From: a virus
Reading direction: 5' to 3' (one strand)
IMG/VR virus record: IMGVR_UViG_3300046373_000172
Span: 1-64,000 of that record
DNA length: 64,000 nt
Part shown: in pieces, positions 54,101 through 62,559 of the stretch
How positions within the stretch are numbered: the stretch's first letter is position 1
How the letters are laid out: the number at the start of each line of letters is the position of its first letter
Position numbers and translations under genes: made by a program
Notes under the pieces: generated by a model
Told to the model about the DNA's origin: nothing
Databases searched by the model: none
The model's input: only the letters and a program-made list of their open reading frames with translations

Positions 54101-57100
54101 GGAATGGACGTCAGCCCAAGGGTGCCCAGGGCGTCGTCCATCTGCTTGGACACGGGCGCCAGCTGCTCGGCTTGCGTCAGGTAGTTCGTGGCGTAGGACG
54201 TCATCGTCTGCGACAGCGCGTCAAGCCCGCCGGACAGGTTGATGAAGTCCTCGCGCGCCTTGATCGAGGCGATACCGGCGTTGCCGAAGGCTTCCTTGCC
54301 GGTCTTGCCCAGCAACTGCGCGATCGTGTCAGTCGACTTGAAGTTGCCCGACAGGCGCTGCAGCGTAGCGCTGGCCGCCTCGCCCTGCTTGGCGAAGTCG
54401 GCGATGTTCGGGATCAGCTTGGCCGACATCTCGTCGCCGATCGTGGTGAACATGGCCGTCACCGCTGCTTGGTTCTTGCTGAGATCTTCAGCCGCGGCTG
54501 CTGCAACTTCCTCTGGCGTTTTATTCGAAGCCCTGGCCTGCGCTTCCGCGTTATTCGTCAGACGCACGTCGAACTTGCTGGTGTAGCCCTGCAGCGGCGC
54601 GGCACTCACACCAAGCTGCTTGGCGTAGTTCTCGGCTGCCGTCTTCAGTTCGGTGAAGGTGGCCACCAGCGTGTTTTTGATGTCCGCCGGGATGTCCTGA
54701 GATAGGGCCGTACGCTTGTCGCTACGGAACCAGCCACCCTTCTCCAGGATGTTCTGATACGCTTCGCCGCCGACGGCCGACTCTCCGACCACACCGCGGA
54801 TACCGGCGCTCTCCAGCGTCGGGTTTTGACGGCCGAACAGTTTGGCGATGGTGGACTGGCCCGACAGGATGTTGGCCGCCGTATTGCTCATCCCAAGTGC
54901 TCGGTGGAAGCTGTCCAGCGCCATGATGCCGCTGCCCAGCACCTGGCCCGTGCCACTTACCGTGCCGTTGTGCGTGTCCCAGCCCTGGGCATACAGGCCC
55001 TTGGCGGCGGACATGCCGGCGATGATCCAGCCGATGATCGGGATGGCCGAAGAAGCGCTGGCGCCGGCGGACAGACCGCCGGCGGCGGCAGCACCGCTCT
55101 CGGCCGCGGCCGTGCCGGCCGTCAGCTTGATCGCCATCGCGGCGGCTTCGGCGACTTCCTGCGTGGTCATCGACGAGGCCATACCGGCGCCGAACGAGCT
55201 GACCGTCGACGAGGCGGCGCCGGTGAAGCCCATTGAGGAGCCTACGCCACTGATCAGGCCGCCCAGACTGCTGGAGACGCCGCCGGCGAAGCCGTCGTAG
55301 ATCGACTTGCCGATCGACAGCCAGTTGCCGGCCGCGCCGAAGGAAGCCAGGCCAGTCGTCGTGCCGCCGCTCAAAGCCGTGGCAGCATTGGCCGCCATCT
55401 GGCCCGACACGCTCTCGCTGATCGACGCGCCGATGTTGATGATCCAGCGTTTCACAGTCAGCTGGTACAGCATCTCCATGATGCTGGTCTTGAGCACCTT
55501 GCCGATCTTCTTGAAGATGCTCTCGCCGTCGGTGCCGACCTTCATCCAGGCGTCGTGCGCCGTCTTCTCGAAGTTCTTCCAGACGTCGTCCCACACACTG
55601 CCAAAAGCGTTGGCCGCCTTGATCGTCTCCTTGTTCAGCGTCGCCACGGCCTTGCCGGCAGCGGCAGCCTTCTTGGCCAGGTCAGCGTCGTCAGGGCTGG
55701 CGTCCGCCAACTCCTTCAACTCGACGACCATCGCCTTCAGGGCCGGGATCATCTTGGCCTGGATATCAGTCGCCGCTTCCTCCAGCCCAAGCAGTCCGGA
55801 AATGCCACCGTCGGCCGACGCAGCGGCTTTAGCCTCGGCCAGCTTCTCCTGCACCTGCGTGAGCGCGGCGTCGAAGCCCGACTTGTTCATGTCGAAGACG
55901 GCGGTCTTCTCGCCGGAGTCCCGCTGCTCAAGGAGGTGCCGCAGCCGCACGGTTTCCGCCAGCTTAGCGTTGTAGGCCGACAACTTGGCAACGTCTTGCA
56001 GGTCCAGCATAAAAGCTTTTCCCGCGTCCTCCAGGTTCAGCTTTGCCAGGTCTGCCTCGATGCCGGCAATCTCCTTGCCGTAAGTCGCCTGAAACTTAGC
56101 AAGGTAAGCCTGCTGCAGGTCGCCCTTCTTCGCGTACATCTCAGCGTCAGACTCAAGGTTCTTCTTGATCAGCCCGTCGGTGTAAGACTGTTCGGCGATC
56201 AGGTACTGCTGCTCCAACTCCCTGGATTTGGCTTTGGCTCCTTCGGCCACGCCGTAGGCTTTTTGTTGGGCGGCGCGCTTCTTCTCGACACCATCCAGCA
56301 GCTTGGCCTCTTCCATGGCCGTCAGGTAAAGCTGCGCCTGCTTGTCCTTTTCCAGCGCCAGTGTCTGCTTCAGGAAGTCAATCTCCCCGACACGTCCAGC
56401 GTTGTGATCGGACTTCAGCTTGAAAGCCTCGGTCGTACGCTGGAGCTCTGCGATACGCTTCAGGGTTTCCAGCTTCTCCTTGTCGACACCCAGCTCCTGC
56501 ATGTCGGTCTTCGCTGGTGCTGGCTTGAGCAGGTCGTTGTACTCGCGGCGCGTGACGTTGTAGGCCGCCAGCGCCTGCTCGTAGGTGTAAGTCTTACTCG
56601 CCAGCTTCTCCAGGATCCCAAGGGCACTCTTGGCCTTCTCTTGCGCGGCCGTGGTGATCCCGTCCGTCACCGGCACGATCAGGCCCTCCTTCGTGGTCAA
56701 GGTGTCGCCGCGGTGCGCCAACTCTTCCAGCTGGTCCATCAGCGCCTTCAAGGAGGTCGCCGACTTCTGCGTCGACATGCTCTCGGTGCGATGCTTCTCC
56801 AGCTTATCCAGCTTGTCGTAAATCTCTTGCGCCGCCTCATATTGCTTGCGCAGACCCTCGACGTGCGCCACCATCATCGCCGTCGAGGTATCGGAGTCCT
56901 GCTTCACCTGCAGGCGCGACTGCGCTGCGTCGTACGCCAGGCGGAGTTCCTGTGCACGGTCGCGGGCGTCCTGCACCGTCGAGATCTCGCCGGCAGGCGC
57001 GCGGTACGTTGTGCCCAGAGTCAGTTTGTTGCGCTTCTCGATCTCCTCTTGCAAGGCGGCGTTGCGCTTGTCCAGTGCTTCCGTCTCGTTGTGCAGCATC

Positions 57101-59592
57101 TCGATCCGGTTCTCGGTCGAGTTCTTGATGCGGGTGTCGTTGTTGGCCGTCTTGTCCGTCTCGTAGTTGTACAGAGACCACGCCAGCGTGGCAGCACCGA
57201 TCGCCAGCCCAAGTGGGCCGAGCACCCCGAGCGCCGCGCGCGCGGTGACGCCGAACACGGCGGTCAGGCTCTCGGCAGCGATGATGCCGCGGTTGTAGAC
57301 CGCCACGGCCGCCGTGAGAGAACCCCACAGCGCGGGAATCCCTGCCATCGCGGCGTAGGCGGCCACCATCATACCGATCGAGGCGACGTTGTCGACCAGG
57401 GCTTTCGTCACACCGATCGCCGTTACGGCTAGGCCAGATAGCAGACGGACAGCGCCCTCGCTGCGCGCGACAGCCGCCAGCTGATCCACCAGGCTCTGCA
57501 GCGCCGGGGAAGCATCGGAAAAGGCATGCACGAAAGTGGCCGAGGCGCTGTTGCGCAGCCGGCGGAAGGCGCCCTCGCTGGTGTCCTCCAACTTGATCAC
57601 GGCGTCCGACATAAACCCGGTCGCGTCCTGGCTCTCCTTCAGCTTTTTGCTGTAGTCATCTAGGTTGGCCAGGATCGTGGCCATACCCTTGGTCGCCTTC
57701 TTGGTGCCGATGTCCGACAGGAATCCGGCCTGCGCCGACTCGCTGTACTGCGACAGAGCGTTGCGCAGGTCGAGCAGCACAGCGGTGGAGTTGCGCAACT
57801 CGCCGTTGGCCTCTTGCGTGTCCACTTTCAAGATCTTCAGCGCTTTGGCAGCGCCGGCTGTCGGCGTGTACAGGCTGTCAAGCATACTGCGATACGCCGT
57901 ACCGGCCGCCGAGCCAGTGATGTTGATCTTGGCCAGGGTGCCCAGGCCGGCCGCCACCTCTTCGATCGAGACGTGGTACATCGAGGCCACCGTGGAGGCC
58001 TGCTTCAACGACTCGGTCAGCGCCGCCACCGAAGTGTTCGAGGCCGCAGCCGTCTTGGCCAGAATGTCGCCGACGCGCCCAACCTCGGTCACCTGCAGGT
58101 TAAACGCCGACAGGGCGCCGGTGGCGGCCAACGCGGCGGCCTCGACGCCCATCTCACCGATGACCGCCAGGTTCAGCACTTCCGGCAGTACGGAAAGCGA
58201 GTCCTTCACGGACAGGCCGTTCTGGGCCAGCGCGCGCATACCTTCAGCGGCCTCCTTGACACTGGCCACCGTACCGGCCGTGATGTGCAGGAAGTCCTCG
58301 ATCGGTACAGCCTCTTTGGACAAAGCGGCGACGAACTGCAGCTGGTACTCGACGTCCTTGCCGACTTCAACAATCTGGCGCAGCGAGCCGGCGATGGCGG
58401 CGCCGGCGGCGATCGGGATCAGGGATCCATAGGTCAGCCACAAGCCACCCAGGCTGCCAGACAGGCCGCGCGCGAAGGCGTGCGCCTCGTTCATGGCGGC
58501 GTTGTGGTGCTCGATGGCGTCTTGTGACTTCTTCACCTGCTCCGGCAGTGAGGCGTATTGCGCGCGCAGGGCGGCGATGTCCGCCGTGGCGGCGCTGCTG
58601 CCGAACTTCTGAGTGGCGTTGCCGCCCATATTGGAGTAGACCGCCGCCTTCTCGGCCGCCGCGATCTGCTGGGCCAGGCTGGAAGTCAGGAAATTCGTGT
58701 TCAGGACGCGCTGCTTCTCCAGTCCGGCTTCCCGGATGTGGTACAGCTCCATCTCCTGCAGCTGCGCCGCCTCGACTTCCTTGGCTTTGGTGGCCAAGCT
58801 GTCCTGCAGCCGCTTGTGGTTCAGCGTGTCTTCGAACTCGATGCGCTTACGCAGCAGCGCCGCGCGCTGGTTCTCCGCCGCGATGTCGGCTTCGAGGATC
58901 TTTTCGTTGGTGGCGATCTCTTCGCTGACGCGCTTGAGCTGGATCGTGTCCTGCAATTCGATGCGCTTCTTCAGCGCGTTGGCGCGCGCGTTCTCCGAGG
59001 CGATGTCCGCCTCCAAGAGTTTTTCGTTGGTAGCGATCTCGGCCTGCAGGCGCTGGTGTCCCAGGGTATCTTCGAACTCGATGCGCTTCTTCAGGACGGA
59101 GGCGCGCGCATTCTCAGCGGCGATTTCGCTTTCCAGTTGGGCGTCGTGGAACTTGTTGGCCGAGGCCAGCTGACGTGCTTCGTGCGCCAAGGTGTCGGCT
59201 TCCTGCTTGGCCCAGAACTTGTTCGACATGACGACGATGCGATCGCCCTGGGCGGCCAGCGCCGCCTCGTACTTGTCGTACGTCTCCTGCTGCAACTTGA
59301 GCTTGCGGTCGGCATCGGCCTTCTCTTGCGCCAGCAGCTTCTCGGACTCAGTCTTGCGCTTTTGACGGATCTTGGTGTCGAAATCGCCCAGCTGCATCTC
59401 GATGCTTTTGAAGCCCATCGTGACCTGGGTCTGCATGTCCTTGAACTGCTTGGACAGGTCGTCCGGGCCGCGGGACAGGCCCAGGCCATCAAAACCCTTG
59501 TGCAGCTGCTCGACCGCCGCCGTCAACTCCTTGATCGCGGCAAGGCTGTCGACCTGTACTTGGAGGATGATTGGATCAGTAGGCTCGCTCAT
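51121..59592 (-). CDS. Tail tape measure protein (2823 aa)
   Basis: TP901-like TMP core, Ala-rich helices, HASGL...LHAGEAV C-terminal motif; follows the G/GT genes. Confidence 0.93.
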   Translation of the reverse strand: MSEPTDPIILQVQVDSLAAIKELTAAVEQLHKGFDGLGLSRGPDDLSKQFKDMQTQVTMGFKSIEMQLGDFDTKIRQKRKTESEKLLAQEKADADRKLKLQQETYDKYEAALAAQGDRIVVMSNKFWAKQEADTLAHEARQLASANKFHDAQLESEIAAENARASVLKKRIEFEDTLGHQRLQAEIATNEKLLEADIASENARANALKKRIELQDTIQLKRVSEEIATNEKILEADIAAENQRAALLRKRIEFEDTLNHKRLQDSLATKAKEVEAAQLQEMELYHIREAGLEKQRVLNTNFLTSSLAQQIAAAEKAAVYSNMGGNATQKFGSSAATADIAALRAQYASLPEQVKKSQDAIEHHNAAMNEAHAFARGLSGSLGGLWLTYGSLIPIAAGAAIAGSLRQIVEVGKDVEYQLQFVAALSKEAVPIEDFLHITAGTVASVKEAAEGMRALAQNGLSVKDSLSVLPEVLNLAVIGEMGVEAAALAATGALSAFNLQVTEVGRVGDILAKTAAASNTSVAALTESLKQASTVASMYHVSIEEVAAGLGTLAKINITGSAAGTAYRSMLDSLYTPTAGAAKALKILKVDTQEANGELRNSTAVLLDLRNALSQYSESAQAGFLSDIGTKKATKGMATILANLDDYSKKLKESQDATGFMSDAVIKLEDTSEGAFRRLRNSASATFVHAFSDASPALQSLVDQLAAVARSEGAVRLLSGLAVTAIGVTKALVDNVASIGMMVAAYAAMAGIPALWGSLTAAVAVYNRGIIAAESLTAVFGVTARAALGVLGPLGLAIGAATLAWSLYNYETDKTANNDTRIKNSTENRIEMLHNETEALDKRNAALQEEIEKRNKLTLGTTYRAPAGEISTVQDARDRAQELRLAYDAAQSRLQVKQDSDTSTAMMVAHVEGLRKQYEAAQEIYDKLDKLEKHRTESMSTQKSATSLKALMDQLEELAHRGDTLTTKEGLIVPVTDGITTAAQEKAKSALGILEKLASKTYTYEQALAAYNVTRREYNDLLKPAPAKTDMQELGVDKEKLETLKRIAELQRTTEAFKLKSDHNAGRVGEIDFLKQTLALEKDKQAQLYLTAMEEAKLLDGVEKKRAAQQKAYGVAEGAKAKSRELEQQYLIAEQSYTDGLIKKNLESDAEMYAKKGDLQQAYLAKFQATYGKEIAGIEADLAKLNLEDAGKAFMLDLQDVAKLSAYNAKLAETVRLRHLLEQRDSGEKTAVFDMNKSGFDAALTQVQEKLAEAKAAASADGGISGLLGLEEAATDIQAKMIPALKAMVVELKELADASPDDADLAKKAAAAGKAVATLNKETIKAANAFGSVWDDVWKNFEKTAHDAWMKVGTDGESIFKKIGKVLKTSIMEMLYQLTVKRWIINIGASISESVSGQMAANAATALSGGTTTGLASFGAAGNWLSIGKSIYDGFAGGVSSSLGGLISGVGSSMGFTGAASSTVSSFGAGMASSMTTQEVAEAAAMAIKLTAGTAAAESGAAAAGGLSAGASASSAIPIIGWIIAGMSAAKGLYAQGWDTHNGTVSGTGQVLGSGIMALDSFHRALGMSNTAANILSGQSTIAKLFGRQNPTLESAGIRGVVGESAVGGEAYQNILEKGGWFRSDKRTALSQDIPADIKNTLVATFTELKTAAENYAKQLGVSAAPLQGYTSKFDVRLTNNAEAQARASNKTPEEVAAAAAEDLSKNQAAVTAMFTTIGDEMSAKLIPNIADFAKQGEAASATLQRLSGNFKSTDTIAQLLGKTGKEAFGNAGIASIKAREDFINLSGGLDALSQTMTSYATNYLTQAEQLAPVSKQMDDALGTLGLTSIPKTRDEFKALVSGLDLTDSSQVKTFNSLMQLQDGFAQLHPAIAATGAAAMTMVEILDQGKTLQDQYDEATMTSQQLKDKERLTINSANVALYDSLQIKLAEKKATEDHNTVLGLQAQMYGTLKDEAGAARVLEEQHTIALKDMSPALQAASKDLWAVEKAEKARNAELAHTASMLDYMGQYAEATGDKLLAAQVAQVQFNQSIQDLAPDLQVMATKANDAKLATKAANEETAKNNSILGYQAQLYAATGEKALAAAVAQKQFEASVADLPDNIRAWANAAHEAEAKQTAANTRMENHNTLLGFQARLYAATNDKVMAAKVAHEQFEISIKDLTPVLKTAARAANDAEIALKAKNEKDAETSTLLGLQMDQYVASNSLIGQAIVLEKQRTFQLEHSTQAVQDQLKITWAAQDYAKELAKQQQETNGILDAQAQMYTALNDKANLAYVTEQQHKIALMEMTPALANATRKMWDVQAAAAAAAEALADQNSILDLQSQLYAATGNTAAAAATLQKQHTAALKLLNPAVAAATQILWNATELLTKLKDKASADFAVLNKAITTGKDAAKTAYDAQVKVLNDQKTAAKNSLDLQVKSSEDAITVKDDENKKLTTLASALKSTLDGMSVQAEAVADRIAGQAKIAAALTTFKTTGVAPDSEALAGALKAVAAPSEDMFKSYSDYLYDFQVTKNNLTELNDLTKGAVDTSDKNLKVAKDQLEELKKQTTASDDGFQKQLDELQKAYDLEVKGYDDQIKAAQDQLDVMNGTFVEVRSIKDALVAYNISVLAAIGAVSAAKTGTPIVTGGGSTGLPVTSTPTVIPSTGGTSTPVTPTTPAVTTPAGTNGATWIFGAAASSTNTAAALAILQAGGSSKAANREAAGIAGITAGELGAAQYLFFNPDGSHASGLWSVPRDNYRANLHAGEAVLPAHAAQAFRDYSSGSSNRAMEALMERVLGEISRFREEAAAGTYAMAKSLKNIEDIEDSWDKAGLPHERTEV

Positions 59593-59681
59593 GGTGGCTC
59601 CGGGTTTCTGGCAATCAAGAGTATAACCGGCAACGGTTGTTTCGCGGCAATTTTCGTGCCAGCAGGTAATTTCCTGCAGAT

Positions 59682-59710
59682 AAAATAAAAGCCCGCTCGT
59701 GGCGGGCTTT
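59682..59710 (-). terminator. Rho-independent terminator after the GT gene
   Basis: Minus strand AAAGCCCGC-CACGA-GCGGGCTTT-TATTTT. Confidence 0.85.
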
Positions 59711-60063
59711 CACTGCTTGGGTTTGGCGTCGCTGGCCTTGTTCTTTTTGGCCAGGTAGTCCAGGTACGTATCGTCCAGGTTGGTGATGTGATCGAACAGA
59801 CGCCCGCGTTCTTCTACCTGACGGATCTCGAACAGGGTGCAGTAGGCCAGAATCTCAGACACCTTCAGGGGGAGCGGACCACCCATGCTGACATCCCGGC
59901 TACGGGCCAGGCGGTTGTACGCCTGGTAGTAATACCCAAGTCTGGAGGCCAGTTCCGGGCGTGACTCCAAGGCTTTGGGCGTCACGCCCGTCATTGCTTT
60001 GACCTCGATCAGGTGCTCAACGTGGCTTCCCCATTCGAGGTGCCACTGGAGGTAGGTTCGGAG
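59710..60063 (-). CDS. Tail assembly chaperone T frame (C-terminal part of GT, reached by -1 frameshift)
   Basis: Frame open from the slippery site: LRTYLQWHLEWGSHVEHLIEVKAMTGVTP... Confidence 0.85.
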   Translation of the reverse strand, partial: LRTYLQWHLEWGSHVEHLIEVKAMTGVTPKALESRPELASRLGYYYQAYNRLARSRDVSMGGPLPLKVSEILAYCTLFEIRQVEERGRLFDHITNLDDTYLDYLAKKNKASDAKPKQ

Positions 60064-60470
60064 TTTTTTTCGTCGACCTCCTTCGACTTGGCCTGATAGT
60101 TGGACAGCTTGCTGGACTCGTTCGAGACCCAGTTGGCGAAGTCTTTGTGCGCCAGGATGGTCTTGGCGGAGAAGATGTTGTATTCCAGCGGGGCGCCCTT
60201 GTAGGTGACGTTACCGCGCCAGCCCAGCAGGATCGACTTGGCCATCAGGTCGATGTTGATCTTGCGCGACAGGGCGGCCGAAGCGATCTGCTCGGCTTCG
60301 GTGTCTTTCGCGTCCAGGATCACCTTGTTGCCCTCGTACTGCACGTTCAGCATGCGGTTGTACTTCTCGTTGCCGCTGCGCGCGATCAGGAATTCAGCAT
60401 CGCCCTTGGCGATCCACACGCCGTTTTCTTCAGCGTCCAGGTCGGTCGCGTAAAGTGCAAAAATATCCAT
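60009..60470 (-). CDS. Tail assembly chaperone G
   Basis: YATD...EENGVW...IARSGN..Y...LLGWRG; lies between tube and TMP genes. Confidence 0.85.
   Translation of the reverse strand: MDIFALYATDLDAEENGVWIAKGDAEFLIARSGNEKYNRMLNVQYEGNKVILDAKDTEAEQIASAALSRKINIDLMAKSILLGWRGNVTYKGAPLEYNIFSAKTILAHKDFANWVSNESSKLSNYQAKSKEVDEKNSEPTSSGTSNGEATLST
60063..60069 (-). other. Programmed -1 ribosomal frameshift heptamer A-AAA-AAC
   Basis: GAA AAA AAC near the end of gene G; the -1 frame joins the T ORF. Confidence 0.85.
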
Positions 60471-60506
60471 GTGATAACTTTCTGTGAGGTGGTTTGCGGA
60501 AACATG

Positions 60507-60535
60507 ATTATGCAGGGAAAGTTTCCGTGCGTCAA
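60507..60535 (-). promoter_or_regulatory. Sigma70-type promoter upstream of G
   Basis: TTGACG-17-CATAAT. Confidence 0.65.
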
Positions 60536-60564
60536 AGTAAAAGGCCGGGCATTTCTGCCCGGCC
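60534..60564 (-). terminator. Terminator after the major tail gene
   Basis: GGCCGGGCA-GAAA-TGCCCGGCC-TTTTACTTT. Confidence 0.85.
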
Positions 60565-60591
60565 AGTACCACTTCCCCACCACGAGAACTG

Positions 60592-61821
60592 TTACGGTAC
60601 GACGGCGACGCCGACGCGGTCAATGAAGAGGGTCTTGCGCAGCGCCGGCACGGCGTTGCCCAGGTCCTGGTATGCGGTGTAGTCGAACGATGCCATCAGA
60701 TCGGAATCCTTGCCGCCGGCCTGGATCTTGGCGCCGGTCAGCTGGACTTTCGGGAACGTGAACACGTAGCCGTTGCCGTCCTTGTCCTGGGTCGACACCG
60801 TGATGCTGGTGTAGGTGTCGTTCAGGTACTTGGCGAACATCGAGCCGTCAGCGAAGTAGACTTCCAGCGTGCCCTTGGCCATGAAGGTACCGATGCCGGC
60901 GCCGACCATGCCCAAGTTGCCGATCGCTTCCTGCGCGCGCAGCGCGGAATCGATGTCGAGGCTCATCGACTTAATGTAGGTGCCGGTCAGCGGCGAGCCG
61001 CCTTCCCAGATGTTGCCGACGCCACGGACACCATTCTGGATGTCGTACGGCAGCGAGGCGGTAGCGGCGGCCGGGAACTGGGTCGCGCTCTCGTCCAGGA
61101 GCATATCCTTACCGATGAACGAGAAGGTGCCGTCCGTCAGCGCCGACGAGGCGAAGCTGGTTGAGAACTTCGACACATACATGCCGCGGTAGGCGAAGAA
61201 CGAACTGGTGTCGGCCGACTCGCGCTGCAGCGTGAAGCTGGTCAGCGTGACGCCGTTCGCGGCGCGCGAGGACTGCACGACGCACAGGGCGACACCGGAA
61301 GCGGCGACGCCTGGCGTATTGGTATCGAGCGTGATGACGGTCGAGGTCGGCGCAGTGACGGTCGAGACGCGGAACAGCTTGCCGTTGTTGGCAGCGTTGC
61401 CTGGCGCGACCAGGCGGAACCACTGGCCCTTGGCCAAGGCGGTAAAGATGCTCGAACCCGAGGTCGCTACCGAGGCGGTAATGGTCGTGGTCGTGATGTC
61501 CGCCGTAAACGTGGCGCCGACGCCGTTGGTGCCGAAAGCCACCCACGCGGTACGCATGACGGAGGCGAACAGCGGGTCGTACTCGCCGTACTGCATGTGG
61601 ATCTTGATGTCGCCGGACGCGGCGGCGTTGACCGTCGTGCTGGAGGTCAGCTGCGCGGAGCTGTTGATTTCCTTGTCATTCTCTTTCGTTAGCTGGAAAT
61701 CCAACGATTCGCCGGTCATGCGTAGGTTTTTCGGCACGCCGGTGACCGGAATTACAGCAAAATCGGCTTCCGGCATGTACGACATTTGCACCAGGTTGTT
61801 TGAGGCGAGGACGACAGTCAT
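60592..61821 (-). CDS. Major tail tube protein with an inserted beta domain
   Basis: LRMTGESL...EINS...GDI...YRGM.V...GTLEVYF...DGNGYVFTFPKV. Confidence 0.88.
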   Translation of the reverse strand: MTVVLASNNLVQMSYMPEADFAVIPVTGVPKNLRMTGESLDFQLTKENDKEINSSAQLTSSTTVNAAASGDIKIHMQYGEYDPLFASVMRTAWVAFGTNGVGATFTADITTTTITASVATSGSSIFTALAKGQWFRLVAPGNAANNGKLFRVSTVTAPTSTVITLDTNTPGVAASGVALCVVQSSRAANGVTLTSFTLQRESADTSSFFAYRGMYVSKFSTSFASSALTDGTFSFIGKDMLLDESATQFPAAATASLPYDIQNGVRGVGNIWEGGSPLTGTYIKSMSLDIDSALRAQEAIGNLGMVGAGIGTFMAKGTLEVYFADGSMFAKYLNDTYTSITVSTQDKDGNGYVFTFPKVQLTGAKIQAGGKDSDLMASFDYTAYQDLGNAVPALRKTLFIDRVGVAVVP

Positions 61822-61867
61822 GTTATTGCTCCCAGTAAATTTCCAAGGAGCATATCACTTGCCTGTG

Positions 61868-61888
61868 GACAAGTGTGCCGAGTTTGAC
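61868..61888 (+). promoter_or_regulatory. Recurrent motif (copy 4), inverted relative to the major tail gene
   Basis: GACA agtg TG ccg AGTTTGAC. Confidence 0.45.
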
Positions 61889-62307
61889 TATTTGCTCTGA
61901 CGGTGGTACCAATAGTCGATAATGGCCGGCGTATAGTGCCAACCTTTGAGGTCGTGCGGCTCGGTGGCAACCACGGCATGGCAACGCACCGGGCCTACAG
62001 TCTTCATGTCAAAGTAGTCGGTAAGGAAGTCCAGCAGCGCGTCGGCGCCGGCCGCGCCAGTGCCAACCCGCGCCGCGGCATACAACAGGATCTGGCCGCG
62101 CTGCTCGACCAGCGGCCGGGCGCCGATGTCAGCCTGCCCGCCCCCCATAGGTACGATCTGCACGCTCAGGTACGGGTAGCTTTGCGTGGCCTGATCGACG
62201 ACGTCACGGTTGTCCAACTCGACCACCAGTGGGTAGGCAGTCCAGTCAGTCTGGATCTGCTTCAGCACGGCTTGGATCGCCGCGCGCGCGTCTGTTAAAT
62301 GTCCCAT
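61888..62307 (-). CDS. Tail terminator/completion protein
   Basis: Upstream of the tube gene; ELDNR...PYL...GQI...G.G pattern; GGAGG RBS. Confidence 0.75.
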   Translation of the reverse strand: MGHLTDARAAIQAVLKQIQTDWTAYPLVVELDNRDVVDQATQSYPYLSVQIVPMGGGQADIGARPLVEQRGQILLYAAARVGTGAAGADALLDFLTDYFDMKTVGPVRCHAVVATEPHDLKGWHYTPAIIDYWYHRQSK

Positions 62308-62347
62308 GATTCCTCCATGCAATGATTATCGCACGGAAAGAAAGTGC

Positions 62348-62376
62348 TTGCGTAATGTCCTGCATTGTCCTACAAT
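62348..62376 (+). promoter_or_regulatory. Sigma70 promoter for the RHH/nuclease cassette
   Basis: TTGCGT-17-TACAAT with a TGTCCT direct repeat in the spacer. Confidence 0.7.
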
Positions 62377-62397
62377 AGAAACTCACCAGGAGAGACC

Positions 62398-62559
62398 ATG
62401 AAAACCCAACCCGTCACCACACCCTACACCCTAAGAATTCCCGCTGACTTGCGGCAGCAGGCCGAAGCCCAGGCCGCCGCCGAACAGCGCACGCTGAGTG
62501 GGCTGATCCGTCTGCTGCTGATCGAACACTTGAAGAAAGTTGCTGATGGCAAAGCTTGA
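62398..62559 (+). CDS. Arc/CopG-type ribbon-helix-helix regulator
   Basis: YTLRIPADLRQQAEAQAAAEQRTLSGLIRLLL; AGGAG RBS. Confidence 0.85.
   Translation: MKTQPVTTPYTLRIPADLRQQAEAQAAAEQRTLSGLIRLLLIEHLKKVADGKA

Noticed and set aside
51025-54705. 1226-aa plus-strand ORF, and other long ORFs antisense to the TMP (e.g. 55555..57432)
   Set aside because: Antisense shadow of a GC3-biased gene; no motifs, and composition typical of reverse-frame translation.
21979-59662. Similar 16-mers GCAATTTT..TGCCAG near 21979 (minus strand) and 59647 (plus strand)
   Set aside because: Two copies in opposite orientation relative to their downstream genes; cannot be distinguished from chance by eye.
47056-61868. 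Shared TTGCCTGTGG at 47056 and 61859
   Set aside because: Only two copies, with different spacing to the candidate -10 boxes; too weak to call a promoter class.
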